Assembly (NCBI GenBank): GCA_050013255.1
Contig: JBEKFP010000002.1
Location: 640,001-704,000 of the forward strand
Direction of reading: 5' to 3'
DNA from: Candidatus Bathyarchaeia archaeon
GTDB taxonomy: Archaea > Thermoproteota > Bathyarchaeia > 40CM-2-53-6
DNA length: 64,000 bases
The position numbers and the translations under genes are program-made. Position 1 is the first letter of the stretch. Each line of letters opens with the position of its first letter. Shown here in pieces: positions 28,898-38,233 of the stretch. The notes beneath the pieces are model-generated. The model was not told the origin of the DNA and ran no database searches. It saw only the letters and a list, made by a program, of their open reading frames with translations.

Positions 28898-29223
28898 GGC
28901 GATGGCAGGAGGATCGGGGAGCCAGCCGTTCCCTGTGACCCGAAATCGGCTATACGCGGGGACCCGTTAACCCGAGGGAGAGTCATCTCCTAACCGTAGT
29001 AGGCCTCCAAGGCCAACGATGAGACTCTGCCCCACCGGGCCAGCGCAGGGGAGAATCCTTCTGAAGGGAAGGATTCATCTCTTCATCGTCGAACCCGATG
29101 AGGCTCGGAAGAGAGCAGTCGTAAGGCGAGCGCCAAGGCGCTGATGGGATAACAGGGTGTAGGAGGTTGTGGAGAAACCGCTTAGGCGTGGAATGCCAAT
29201 TCATCGGGGATGCTGCCATCGCC
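28898..29223 (+). ncRNA. ffs: Archaeal SRP (7S) RNA
   Basis: Helix 8 GAACCCGATGAGGCTCGGAAGAGAGCAG; helix 6 with GNAR loop; terminal helix GGCGATGGCAG/CTGCCATCGCC; TATA TTTATAT at 28868. Confidence 0.92.
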
Positions 29224-29417
29224 ATACATAATGAAGAGCTCACCCCAAGATACACGGTAGTCTCTTTATTCGACGCTACCAAAGATTATCTGTACAAAAA
29301 TTCTCATTAAATTCGCGGGAGCTTAGAATCTGCGGCCGAAGCCATTGGGTGAAGTCAACGCTTAATACGGCGGACCGTGTAGCCTACCAAAAATTCAGTG
29401 CAAATCAGGTCTGCCCC

Positions 29418-29996
29418 ATGAGTCGTAAGCCGCCCGAGATCAGGATCTTCGAGAAATGGGGTGTTGATAACATCGAAGTTCTAGACCCGGGCCTCGAGAA
29501 GTATCTCTCTGTGAAACCCATTCTCTTCCCTCACAGCGGGGGAAGACATGAACACAAGCGCTTTCGTAAGTCAGCCCTCAACATCGTGGAACGCCTCGTT
29601 AACAATATGATGCGTCCCGGTAGGGTAGGTGGGAAGAAGACTAAGGCAATAAGCATTGTTCGGAACGCATTTGAGATCATCGGCCTAAAGACGGGAAAGA
29701 ACCCTATCGAAGTTTTGGTAAAGGCCGTCGAGAACACAGCTCCAGCGGAAGATGTCACGCGAATAGCTTACGGTGGAATCGTCTACCCCATCTCAGTCGA
29801 CATAGCCCCACTCAGGAGAATCGACATGTCCTTACGCTTCATGACAAACGGAGCGCGCCAAGCGGCCTATAGCAACCCTAGAACGATTGATGAATGCCTG
29901 GCTGAGGAGATATCGTACGCGGCCCAACGCGACAACAGGAGTTTCGCAGTCAGGAAGCGGGACGAAATGGAACGAGTAGCTTTAGCCTCGCGTTAA
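29418..29996 (+). CDS. rps7: 30S ribosomal protein S7 (uS7)
   Basis: PHSGGRHEHKRF, IVERLVN, NPIEVLV, ECLAEE, ERVALASR. Confidence 0.96.
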   Translation: MSRKPPEIRIFEKWGVDNIEVLDPGLEKYLSVKPILFPHSGGRHEHKRFRKSALNIVERLVNNMMRPGRVGGKKTKAISIVRNAFEIIGLKTGKNPIEVLVKAVENTAPAEDVTRIAYGGIVYPISVDIAPLRRIDMSLRFMTNGARQAAYSNPRTIDECLAEEISYAAQRDNRSFAVRKRDEMERVALASR

Positions 29997-30116
29997 GCAA
30001 ATTCCTTGAAATATTTTCCTACGCCGGACACTTTTCGTCTTTCGCAAAGTTCTAACCCTTAAATACGGGTGCCAGTGTTGACTAGCAAATAATCAGACAA
30101 ATTGGAAAGATGAAAT

Positions 30117-31442
30117 ATGTCTGCAGCGAAGAAGCCGCATTTGAACCTGATCATCATTGGCCATGTAGACCATGGAAAGAGCACGATGACAGGCCACCTA
30201 CTCTTCGATACAGGGAACGTGGACGAGAAGACCATTGCCAAGTATGCTGACGAATCGACCAAGCTTGGAGCTGGGGAGACTTTCAAGTTCGCATGGGTCC
30301 TCGACACGCTCAAGGAAGAGAGAGAACGTGGTGTTACGATTGACCTTAGGTTTGAGAAGTTCGAAACCGACAAGGTCTTCTTCACCATCATCGACGCGCC
30401 TGGCCATCGGGACTTCATCAAGAACATGATTACGGGCACGAGCCAAGCCGACGCGGCAATATTGGTAGTATCCTCGAAGAAGGGCGAGTTCGAGGTCGGC
30501 GTTGGCCCTGGAGGCCAAACCCGAGAACACGCATACCTAGCCCGAACGTTAGGCGTCGCCCAACTGGCCGTCGCTATTAACAAGATGGACGACGCGTCAA
30601 CAAACTACGCGGAAGAGAGGTACAATGAGTGCAAGAAGGAAATGGAAGCCCTCTTGAAAGTTGTCGGGTATGATACCTCGAAGATTCAATTCGTTCCCAT
30701 CTCAGGTTGGCTAGGCGATAACCTTGTTAAGAAATCAGCAAAGATGGCCTGGTACAAGGGCCCAACAATGATCGAAGTATTGAACAGCTTCACGGAACCA
30801 GTTAAACCAACCGACAAACCCCTAAGAATCCCCGTTCAGGACGTCTACTCAATTACGGGAATAGGAACTGTCCCCGTGGGCCGAGTCGAAACAGGGACTA
30901 TGAAGGTTGGCGACAGCATCGTCTTCATGCCGGCAAACGCCAGAGGCGAATGCAAGGACATTGAAACCCACCACACAAAGATTCCGCAGGCGCTTCCTGG
31001 AGACAACATAGGCTTCAACGTAAGGGGCATAGGAAAGACCGACATACACAGAGGCGACGTGGCGGGACATACTGACAAGCCACCAACGGTCGCAGCCGAG
31101 TTCATTGGCCGAATCATCGTAGTATTCCACCCAACCGCCATTGCAGCCGGCTACACGCCCGTGCTCCACGCCCACACCGCAACCACCTCAGCCACCCTAA
31201 CAGAACTACTGCAAAAGATAGATGCACGCTCAGGCCAGGTCACGCAGGAAAAACCTGACTTCCTCAAGACTGGCGACGCCGCCCTAGTGAAGATAAAACC
31301 GCTCCGCCCTCTAGCCGTAGAAGCATACTCCGACATTCCGCAACTTGGCCGCTTCGCAATTCGCGACATGGGTAGCACCATCGCGGTTGGCGTAGTTCAA
31401 GAGATCACACAGAAAGCCCAGATACCTGAGAAGAAGACCTAA
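30117..31442 (+). CDS. tuf: Translation elongation factor 1-alpha
   Basis: [39 protein letters not shown]. Confidence 0.98.
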   Translation: MSAAKKPHLNLIIIGHVDHGKSTMTGHLLFDTGNVDEKTIAKYADESTKLGAGETFKFAWVLDTLKEERERGVTIDLRFEKFETDKVFFTIIDAPGHRDFIKNMITGTSQADAAILVVSSKKGEFEVGVGPGGQTREHAYLARTLGVAQLAVAINKMDDASTNYAEERYNECKKEMEALLKVVGYDTSKIQFVPISGWLGDNLVKKSAKMAWYKGPTMIEVLNSFTEPVKPTDKPLRIPVQDVYSITGIGTVPVGRVETGTMKVGDSIVFMPANARGECKDIETHHTKIPQALPGDNIGFNVRGIGKTDIHRGDVAGHTDKPPTVAAEFIGRIIVVFHPTAIAAGYTPVLHAHTATTSATLTELLQKIDARSGQVTQEKPDFLKTGDAALVKIKPLRPLAVEAYSDIPQLGRFAIRDMGSTIAVGVVQEITQKAQIPEKKT

Positions 31443-31550
31443 CCTTCTCAGACCCGAAATTATTTTTCCAGACATCCTTCGCCTAGCGAACGCTTTTTAT
31501 TGGCCCCACCGGCCTAGGGGCATGTTTCGCACCTAGAAGGAAAGCATACT

Positions 31551-31859
31551 TTGCCAAACAAAGCGAGAATTCGGCTGTCAAGCACTGACCCCCAGGGCTT
31601 GAACAGCATCTGCGGTGAGATCATGAAAATTGCCGACCGCACAGGTGTGAAGCTCCGCGGGCCGATACCCCTCCCGACCAAGAGGCTATGGGTCCCGACA
31701 CGAAAAAGCCCATGCGGGGAAGGAACGCACACATGGGACAGTTGGGAAATGCGTATCCACAAGCGGCTAATCGACGTTGATCCGAACGAACGGTTTCTCA
31801 AGCGTTTGATGCGAATTCAAACCCCTGAAAAAGTCTTCATCGAGATTGAACTTCTCTAA
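31551..31859 (+). CDS. rps10: 30S ribosomal protein S10 (uS10)
   Basis: [27 protein letters not shown]. Confidence 0.97.
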   Translation: MPNKARIRLSSTDPQGLNSICGEIMKIADRTGVKLRGPIPLPTKRLWVPTRKSPCGEGTHTWDSWEMRIHKRLIDVDPNERFLKRLMRIQTPEKVFIEIELL

Positions 31860-31870
31860 GCTCCCGCGTC

Positions 31871-32149
31871 CTATCTCCGGATTCTATTGATCTTTCTGGC
31901 TAACGTAAAATCCTTCATCGTTAAGCCGCCGGAATCATGTGTCGTTAGCACAAGCTTGACCTTATTGTATTGAACTAATATGTCCGGATGATGGTTCATG
32001 GATTCGGCGCGTGTTGCAACGCGATTTACGAAGCGCATGCTCTGAGCAAAGTCTTCAAAAGCGAATGATCTCCAAATGTATTTGCCCCTGAGTCGCCAGC
32101 CATCAGTTCTCGTGAGCTCTAACTTGATCCTACGCTCAGTTAGCCTCAA
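31871..32149 (-). CDS. Pterin-4a-carbinolamine dehydratase
   Basis: NHHPDI, LTTHDSGGLT.KD. Confidence 0.9.
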   Translation of the reverse strand: MRLTERRIKLELTRTDGWRLRGKYIWRSFAFEDFAQSMRFVNRVATRAESMNHHPDILVQYNKVKLVLTTHDSGGLTMKDFTLARKINRIRR

Positions 32150-32326
32150 TTCGCATCAAGCATTCTAGTTTCTACTTGCAACTATTTATGGACAACTCAG
32201 GGAAGATGGGACGTTTTGTTATCGAACTGCGACTGTGTGGTTTATCAAGCACAGAATAGAGAAAAGATCGTGCTTAGGTGATAGAGTTCGAATTCCCAAA
32301 CAGGAACCTCGAATAAGAATCAGCAA

Positions 32327-33106
32327 TTGGCAGTGCTGCCTGCAAGTTTGATTTTGCCCCTCCGCATCTTCATGGGGGCCACTTTCCTATACGCTGGCCT
32401 ACAACACCTCACAGACCCATCATATTTTGATGGGTCGAAGCAGGGTTACATTGGACACCTGGTTGCGCAATACGCCGTCGGGTCACCGATCCATGATTTT
32501 CTGTTGGGAGCTATTGCGCCAAATGCGGTCGCCTTCGGTTATATGGTCGCGGTTGGGGAATCGCTGATTGGAGTGGCAGTGCTACTTGGATTTCTTTACC
32601 GCATCGCAGCTTTTGCAGGGCTCCTGCTCAACTTTACGTTCTTTCTTTCAGCCACATGGAACGCTTTTCCGTTCTACTTTGGATCTGATATAGTGTTCGT
32701 TTTGTGCTGGCTGACACTCCTGCTGACGGGACCGCAATCGGGCCTAAGCCTAGACTCAGCGATCGCCAAACGCGCCTCCGGGTTACGGTGGCTTGCCCCA
32801 GCCACGATTCAACAACCAGTTACCGCACAGGCGGCGGAGCAGGAAACGAAAACATCCGAAGCGAGAATCCAGGCCCCCGAGAGAGCGAAACTCTACCCTC
32901 GGCAGGTTGCCGAAGTCAACAGGGCATTTGATAGAATAGATTCACAATTTGTTTCACATGACGAAACGCGAACGATACTAGAATTCGTTCGAGCCTTTGT
33001 CATCAGCTTGGGAGTTGACAGGGGCGATACGGCCAAGTTGTTAAGTGGCCTCCGAACTCTGGTGGAAAGAGACACGTGGCAAGAACCACAAGCAGAGAAC
33101 AGTTGA
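32327..33106 (+). CDS. DoxD/DoxX family membrane protein (TQO small-subunit-like)
   Basis: PLRIFMGATFLYAGLQHL, GESLIG, LSLD; extra soluble C-terminal region. Confidence 0.8.
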   Translation: MAVLPASLILPLRIFMGATFLYAGLQHLTDPSYFDGSKQGYIGHLVAQYAVGSPIHDFLLGAIAPNAVAFGYMVAVGESLIGVAVLLGFLYRIAAFAGLLLNFTFFLSATWNAFPFYFGSDIVFVLCWLTLLLTGPQSGLSLDSAIAKRASGLRWLAPATIQQPVTAQAAEQETKTSEARIQAPERAKLYPRQVAEVNRAFDRIDSQFVSHDETRTILEFVRAFVISLGVDRGDTAKLLSGLRTLVERDTWQEPQAENS

Positions 33107-33744
33107 TAGGATTGCCTGACGTGGAGAATACTGAGCAGCTCGCAGAGACACTCGCCCGAAAATATGAATTGAAGGTTCCTAGCGATGTGGTTGCCTCGAT
33201 TCTTGCGTCGAAACCTAAACTTCCCGTTCTACTTTCGCGTGCGGCATTCAGGGCTGACGCTGTTAGGACTGCGCCGGAAGTCAGAGTTCAGAGAGAGCGA
33301 AGAAACTTCCTACGGAACGTCTTAGGGCTCGCCGCGGTTTCACTCCCAATCCTATTATGGATTAAGGTGGCTTTCTTCTCACCTCAGGCTCAAGCACCGT
33401 CGTACGTTTCGAACCCCGGCCCGCAAGCTGGGGAGCGGCTGCTCGCGAATGCTTCGAACATTGCGTTGGGTCAATCGGTGGCGTTAAGCGACCCAACATA
33501 TGGGCCCATGCTTCTGATTCACTTGATGAATGGACAATTCGTGGCGTATAGTGCAATTTGCACGCATGCTGGTTGTCAGGTTCAATTTGACCCGAGCGCT
33601 CAAGACATTGCGTGCCCATGCCATGGTGCTGTCTTCGACCCCAGTAACAATGCCCAGGTGATAGCTGGCCCAGCTCCTTACCCGTTGCAGAAGATATCCA
33701 TCCATTACGACCAAGCGTCCGGGAACATCTTCTTGCAAGGCTAA
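33076..33744 (+). CDS. Membrane-anchored Rieske 2Fe-2S protein
   Basis: RRNFL Tat-like motif plus TM; CTHAGC, CPCHG, GPAPYPL. Confidence 0.88.
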   Translation: MARTTSREQLIGLPDVENTEQLAETLARKYELKVPSDVVASILASKPKLPVLLSRAAFRADAVRTAPEVRVQRERRNFLRNVLGLAAVSLPILLWIKVAFFSPQAQAPSYVSNPGPQAGERLLANASNIALGQSVALSDPTYGPMLLIHLMNGQFVAYSAICTHAGCQVQFDPSAQDIACPCHGAVFDPSNNAQVIAGPAPYPLQKISIHYDQASGNIFLQG

Positions 33745-33863
33745 TTCCAAAAAGTACTCTCCAAGATTTCGTTCGCTAAGAAAGCCGCACCGAGGCTTCC
33801 TGGGTGATTTTCTCGCCTGCACATCACCTTAATTTGCAACACAGGATTGTATGAGTGCCCGGT

Positions 33864-34075
33864 GCGGGGATACCAGAGCCAGGTCAAATGGGCGGGTCGC
33901 GTGCTACGCATGAGTGCGGCATGTGATGCTTACGCATGGCCACGCGCGCTACACTCAAGATTCGCGCTCGGCGCGAGGGTTCACGTGCGCGGGTGAGCTA
34001 TCCCGTGGCGTAGGCCTTCGTGGGTTCGAATCCGGGCCTTTGACAAGGTCGGCGAACGTCCCACTCCCCGCACCA
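33864..34075 (+). tRNA. tRNA-Leu(CAA) with three introns (30/31, 37/38, 59/60) and encoded CCA
   Basis: Exons 33864-33896, 33953-33959, 34000-34030 and 34059-34075 join into a complete cloverleaf; each junction forms a BHB-type motif. Confidence 0.92.
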
Positions 34076-34324
34076 ACCACCGTCACGGACGCAGGCGGGC
34101 AGGGCAGTGTCAACCCGACATCGACCTAGGGAGCTTGCGCGCGTTTTCTTTCCTTGCTGGACCATACGCCCCGAATAATTCATTGCCAATTCCTCTTTCA
34201 CAGCGGTTCTGCACAGTGGGACGAGGGCGTCCAGTATTCCAAAGGCTTAGGCATCGTGAGCCTGCGAAGTCAAGTATGTTTGTGTGTGTGCAGGACTTCT
34301 GCATGACTCTCCAAGCTAACCGGT

Positions 34325-35209
34325 TTAGCCAGTCCCCGCAATCTTGACGGCGAGATAGGTAACGAGCAAGAGCAATCCAATGATAGTTCCCCTATTCACG
34401 AACGTAGGCATTAGGTCCTGATCCTTTTGCTCATACCGAAGTGCATTGGTAATGGGCGTTACAAGGAATATGATGGATGGCGAGAAAAGGAGCAGAACCC
34501 AAGGTAATCCGCCAACCAAGACAACGCTGACAAATAACACGAGAACCAAGAAAAGGAGCACAACACAAACCTTGAGCGCCCTCTTCCTGCCAAGCCACGT
34601 CACGGTTGTCCTTATCATGCCTCTATCGGAATCATGATCTCTAATCCCATTGACAAGCTCTGCCAGGATAGACAACAGAAAGAGCATACCGCTCAACCCG
34701 GCCCCCACGAAGTCAATGGGGTGATAAACGGAGTAAGCCATTACCCCATATATGGCATTCCAGGAAGCGTGGCAGACAACATCAAGACCAGGCCTAGCCT
34801 TTGCCCTAAGACCTAAAGAATAGCCACCAAGCAACATAATCACCAGGATCCCAAGCAACCTATTCAGAAAACTGAGGAGATAGATGGATAAGGCCGCCCC
34901 GCCCAAAAGAATTAGCACGAGTGCCCAAGCCGCAGCCACAGACAAGTCACCCGACGCCACAGGGTTTCTTAGCTTGCCAGCCTTTCTGTCAAGTTCTGCA
35001 TCGGCAATATCGTTAATCACAAAACCAAAAATGGAGGAGACTGCAACGAAAAGAAGCACCGTCAGAATTCTGCCATCGACGGGATATCTGGCCACGAATG
35101 CACAAGCCAAGGCAGAAACCAAGTAGCACGGCCCGTACTCATGGAATCTCACGATTCGCACAAACGCGTTCCGCGAAACAACTCGCTTCATAGAATCGCC
35201 CGAGTCCAA
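34325..35209 (-). CDS. UbiA family prenyltransferase
   Basis: INDIADAELD...RNPVASG, NGIRDHDSD, multiple TMs. Confidence 0.88.
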   Translation of the reverse strand: MDSGDSMKRVVSRNAFVRIVRFHEYGPCYLVSALACAFVARYPVDGRILTVLLFVAVSSIFGFVINDIADAELDRKAGKLRNPVASGDLSVAAAWALVLILLGGAALSIYLLSFLNRLLGILVIMLLGGYSLGLRAKARPGLDVVCHASWNAIYGVMAYSVYHPIDFVGAGLSGMLFLLSILAELVNGIRDHDSDRGMIRTTVTWLGRKRALKVCVVLLFLVLVLFVSVVLVGGLPWVLLLFSPSIIFLVTPITNALRYEQKDQDLMPTFVNRGTIIGLLLLVTYLAVKIAGTG

Positions 35210-35236
35210 CCTCGACGTACACCAGATGATGACGTC

Positions 35237-35416
35237 TTAGTGCATCAGACCTACAATTATCATGCTAACGCCGATTAGGCCGCGCAGAATTCTTCCGGCC
35301 TGGAACAGCCAGGGCGGATGGGAAGGACGCCAGTAGAGGATGTTCAAAAATCCTTCAGCGGAAAGGTAGATGCCCATCGATATGAGGAAGGCAGCGACAA
35401 GCAAGCTGAGAACCAA
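35237..35416 (-). CDS. Small two-TM membrane protein (59 aa from TTG)
   Basis: Manual translation LVLSLLVAAFLISMGIYLSAEGFLNILYWRPSHPPWLFQAGRILRGLIGVSMIIVGLMH; co-oriented with ubiA. Confidence 0.6.
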   Translation of the reverse strand: MVLSLLVAAFLISMGIYLSAEGFLNILYWRPSHPPWLFQAGRILRGLIGVSMIIVGLMH

Positions 35417-35623
35417 ACCGAATTTCCTGAAGAAACTAATCTACTTTTGCTCGCAGTATTATGTTTGAACCACACTCAATGTGACAAAACAACTAAATGC
35501 GCGACAAATTGGTGTGTGCACCCTTTTGGGCCACCAGATGCAATGCTTCCCAGCTTTTGGAAGAGCGACGTTAGATCACGCAGTGAAAACGTTTCTTTCT
35601 AAGTCGTCCTTACCTGCTATGGG

Positions 35624-36064
35624 TTAGCTGAATGACTTGTAAATTGCAGGGTATTTTTCGATGAGTAGTAAGTTGAGTTTGAGAACGTTTACGTACGGAT
35701 CGCCGGCGACCCACATTGTTCTCTCGACGTTATCATCGACGATTTGCTTAATCGAATCTGAAGGAATCCCTGTTGCGTTGCTTATTCGCGGAATTTGTGA
35801 GTAAGCATCTTGGAGAGTTATATCGGGGTCCACTCCTGAGGCCGAATTGCTCGCCCAATCTGCATGGAAGAACATTGAGGAATTGAAATTCTGAGCGATC
35901 ACGATCGCGCCTACTGGGCGACCGTGGAGTTGCACTATGCTGCCGTTTGCCTGGGACGGGAGCAGAACTTGCGCAACACCTGTCACCAATAGTGGGAAGA
36001 CTAGTCCACATAATACGAGTGAAATGATTGCCAGTCGAACGGTTGGCCCATAATTACTCCCCAA
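35624..36064 (-). CDS. kdpC: K+-transporting ATPase subunit C
   Basis: QANGS, SASGVDPDI, YVNVLKLN. Confidence 0.92.
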   Translation of the reverse strand: MGSNYGPTVRLAIISLVLCGLVFPLLVTGVAQVLLPSQANGSIVQLHGRPVGAIVIAQNFNSSMFFHADWASNSASGVDPDITLQDAYSQIPRISNATGIPSDSIKQIVDDNVERTMWVAGDPYVNVLKLNLLLIEKYPAIYKSFS

Positions 36065-36076
36065 CTTGATAGCCTC

Positions 36077-38218
36077 CTAAGTATGCATCGCCAAGATTAC
36101 GATATCGATTAGCTTGATTCCGACGAAGGGGACTATTACTCCTCCGACTCCGTAGATCAACGTGTTCTTCAGGAACAATGTCATTGTGTCAGATGGTTTG
36201 AAGGATACACCCTTCATGGCTAGTGGAATCAGGAGCGGTATTATGATCGCGTTGAATATCAACGCGGAGAGCACCGCAGTATGTAAGCCCAGACCAAGAA
36301 CATTCAGGGCCTGAAGTTCGGGTATGACCGCAAAAAGGACTGGCGTAATGGCAAAATATTTCGCTACGTCATTTGCGATGCTGAAGGTTGTGACTGCTCC
36401 GCGTGTCATGAGGAGCTGTTTTCCGAGCATGACAACTTCGATGATTTTCGCGGGATTGGATTCTAGGTCAACCATGTTGGCTGCTTCTTTTGCTGCTTGA
36501 GTCCCGGAATTCATTGCCAGTCCGACGTCGGCAAGAGCAAGGGCGGGCGCGTCATTAGTTCCATCACCGATCATGGCAACGATTCTTGTGTTAGCTTGTT
36601 CACGTTGGACGATTCCATGCTTGTCTTCGGGTTTTGCTTGAGGTACAAATTCGTCAATGCCCACTTCCGTTGCGATGCTTTTGGCTGTGAGTGGATGGTC
36701 TCCGGTTATCATCACTGGCCGTATGCTCATTGCCTTAAGGGATTGAATCTTTTCCTTGATACCGGGCTTCAAAATGTCTCTTAGCCGAATTATGCCGATT
36801 ACTTCGCGGTTCTTGGTTATTGCAACAGGACTGTCGCCTTGATTGGAAATCTTGGTTATGACATCGTCGAAGTCAGGTGGAGTTGATTCCGCGAGCTTCT
36901 TTATTGCGTCTGGCGCACCTTTGATTATCTCAACTTCGCCGCCGGCCAAGGAGCTGGTTATTGAATCTGTGAACTTTCGCCTGAATCTCATCCTCTCCTG
37001 ACCACCTTTGGGGAGCATGAAGCCCGTACCGCCGGTGAATTTCACACCACTCGTTCTGGTCGTCGCGGAGAACTCATAGGACTCGGATAAGGCGAGGTCG
37101 TTCAACTCCCTCGGTATCAAACCGCCACTGTAGGCTAACCTGATTATGCTACGTCCTTCAGGTGTGTCGTCATGCCAGGAGGCGAGAAACGCCGCTTCTC
37201 CTACTTCTCGTTCTGAGTGGCCTGCGAAGGGTATGAATTCTATTGCTTGTCTGCTTCCTACGGTTATTGTTCCCGTCTTGTCGAGAAGGATCGTGTCTGT
37301 GTCGCCTGCGGTCTCAATTGCTCTTCCTGACTTCGCAATAATTTTCCTCGCGTAGAGCCTAGACATACCAGAAAGCCCTATCGCAGGAAGAAGCGCACCT
37401 ATAGTTGTGGGAAGGAGGCAAACGTACAACGCGATGAGAACGGAGAGATCGGCTCCAAGGCTAAGCACAACGGATAATCCGAGGAGCGCGAAGATAATTA
37501 TTGTAAAAATAGCGGTAAGGCCGATGAGGACTACGATAACAGCCTGTTCGTTTGGTGTCTTAGGCCTCTTCGAGGATTCTACTAACCTGATCATCTGATT
37601 GATGTAGCTATCCTCAGGGTTTACAGTAACCCTGGCGGTTAATGTATCGCTAATTAGCTTTGACCCGCCGATTAGGGGATCGCTGGGGGCCTTCCTGACC
37701 GGTACAGATTCGCCTGTGAGAAGAGATTCATCCGCCATCGCTATTCCTTCAGTGACTTCCGCGTCTATCGGAATCAGATCGCCCTTCCCAAGCAGAATCA
37801 TATCCCCTCGGCGTAATTGACCAGAAGGAGTAAGGACGACCGTCTGCTCCTCAGTTTCGCCTTTTGTCTCAATGACTATTTTCTTAGTCATGGCTTCTGT
37901 TTCGAGTTTCCTAAGACTCTTCGCGGTGTTCTTTGCCTGTGTTTCAGCGAGAGAATCTGAGAGAGTGCTGAACCAGACCGTAATGAGTAAGATTGCAGCA
38001 ACTTCAACATAGAAGATCCGCTCATTCGGGCTTGCTACCGGAACAAACCATTGCGGGTACACGGCCATCGCAGTTACAACGAAGAAGGTGACTTCGACGA
38101 TGAACATAACTGGGTTTTGTATGAGCGAGATTGGGTTCAATCGAACAAGTGAGTCGATGAATGTTTTCCCGGACATAGCCCCTTGCGAAAAGCCAATTCG
38201 CTGACCCTTCTCTGACAT
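36077..38218 (-). CDS. kdpB: K+-transporting ATPase subunit B
   Basis: TGES, CLLPTTIG, DKTGT, GDGTND, SIANDVAKYF. Confidence 0.96.
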   Translation of the reverse strand: MSEKGQRIGFSQGAMSGKTFIDSLVRLNPISLIQNPVMFIVEVTFFVVTAMAVYPQWFVPVASPNERIFYVEVAAILLITVWFSTLSDSLAETQAKNTAKSLRKLETEAMTKKIVIETKGETEEQTVVLTPSGQLRRGDMILLGKGDLIPIDAEVTEGIAMADESLLTGESVPVRKAPSDPLIGGSKLISDTLTARVTVNPEDSYINQMIRLVESSKRPKTPNEQAVIVVLIGLTAIFTIIIFALLGLSVVLSLGADLSVLIALYVCLLPTTIGALLPAIGLSGMSRLYARKIIAKSGRAIETAGDTDTILLDKTGTITVGSRQAIEFIPFAGHSEREVGEAAFLASWHDDTPEGRSIIRLAYSGGLIPRELNDLALSESYEFSATTRTSGVKFTGGTGFMLPKGGQERMRFRRKFTDSITSSLAGGEVEIIKGAPDAIKKLAESTPPDFDDVITKISNQGDSPVAITKNREVIGIIRLRDILKPGIKEKIQSLKAMSIRPVMITGDHPLTAKSIATEVGIDEFVPQAKPEDKHGIVQREQANTRIVAMIGDGTNDAPALALADVGLAMNSGTQAAKEAANMVDLESNPAKIIEVVMLGKQLLMTRGAVTTFSIANDVAKYFAITPVLFAVIPELQALNVLGLGLHTAVLSALIFNAIIIPLLIPLAMKGVSFKPSDTMTLFLKNTLIYGVGGVIVPFVGIKLIDIVILAMHT

Positions 38219-38233
38219 CTCATTCGCCTCGCA

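Noticed and set aside
28983-29282. 99-aa minus-strand ORF
   Set aside because: Overlaps the SRP RNA; shadow ORF.
34076-34135. tRNA-associated (theta) ribozyme after tRNA-Leu
   Set aside because: Only small hairpins; no HDV topology.
33914-34347. Four short ORFs at or just after the tRNA locus
   Set aside because: Two overlap the intron-containing tRNA-Leu; none has protein motifs.
35225-35275. Possible box C/D sRNA (ATGATGA...CAGA...CCGA)
   Set aside because: No clear C' box or identifiable target, and it mostly overlaps the 3' end of a plausible membrane-protein ORF on the other strand.
35318-35602. 94-aa plus-strand ORF
   Set aside because: The opposite-strand 2-TM ORF is more protein-like and co-oriented with its neighbours.
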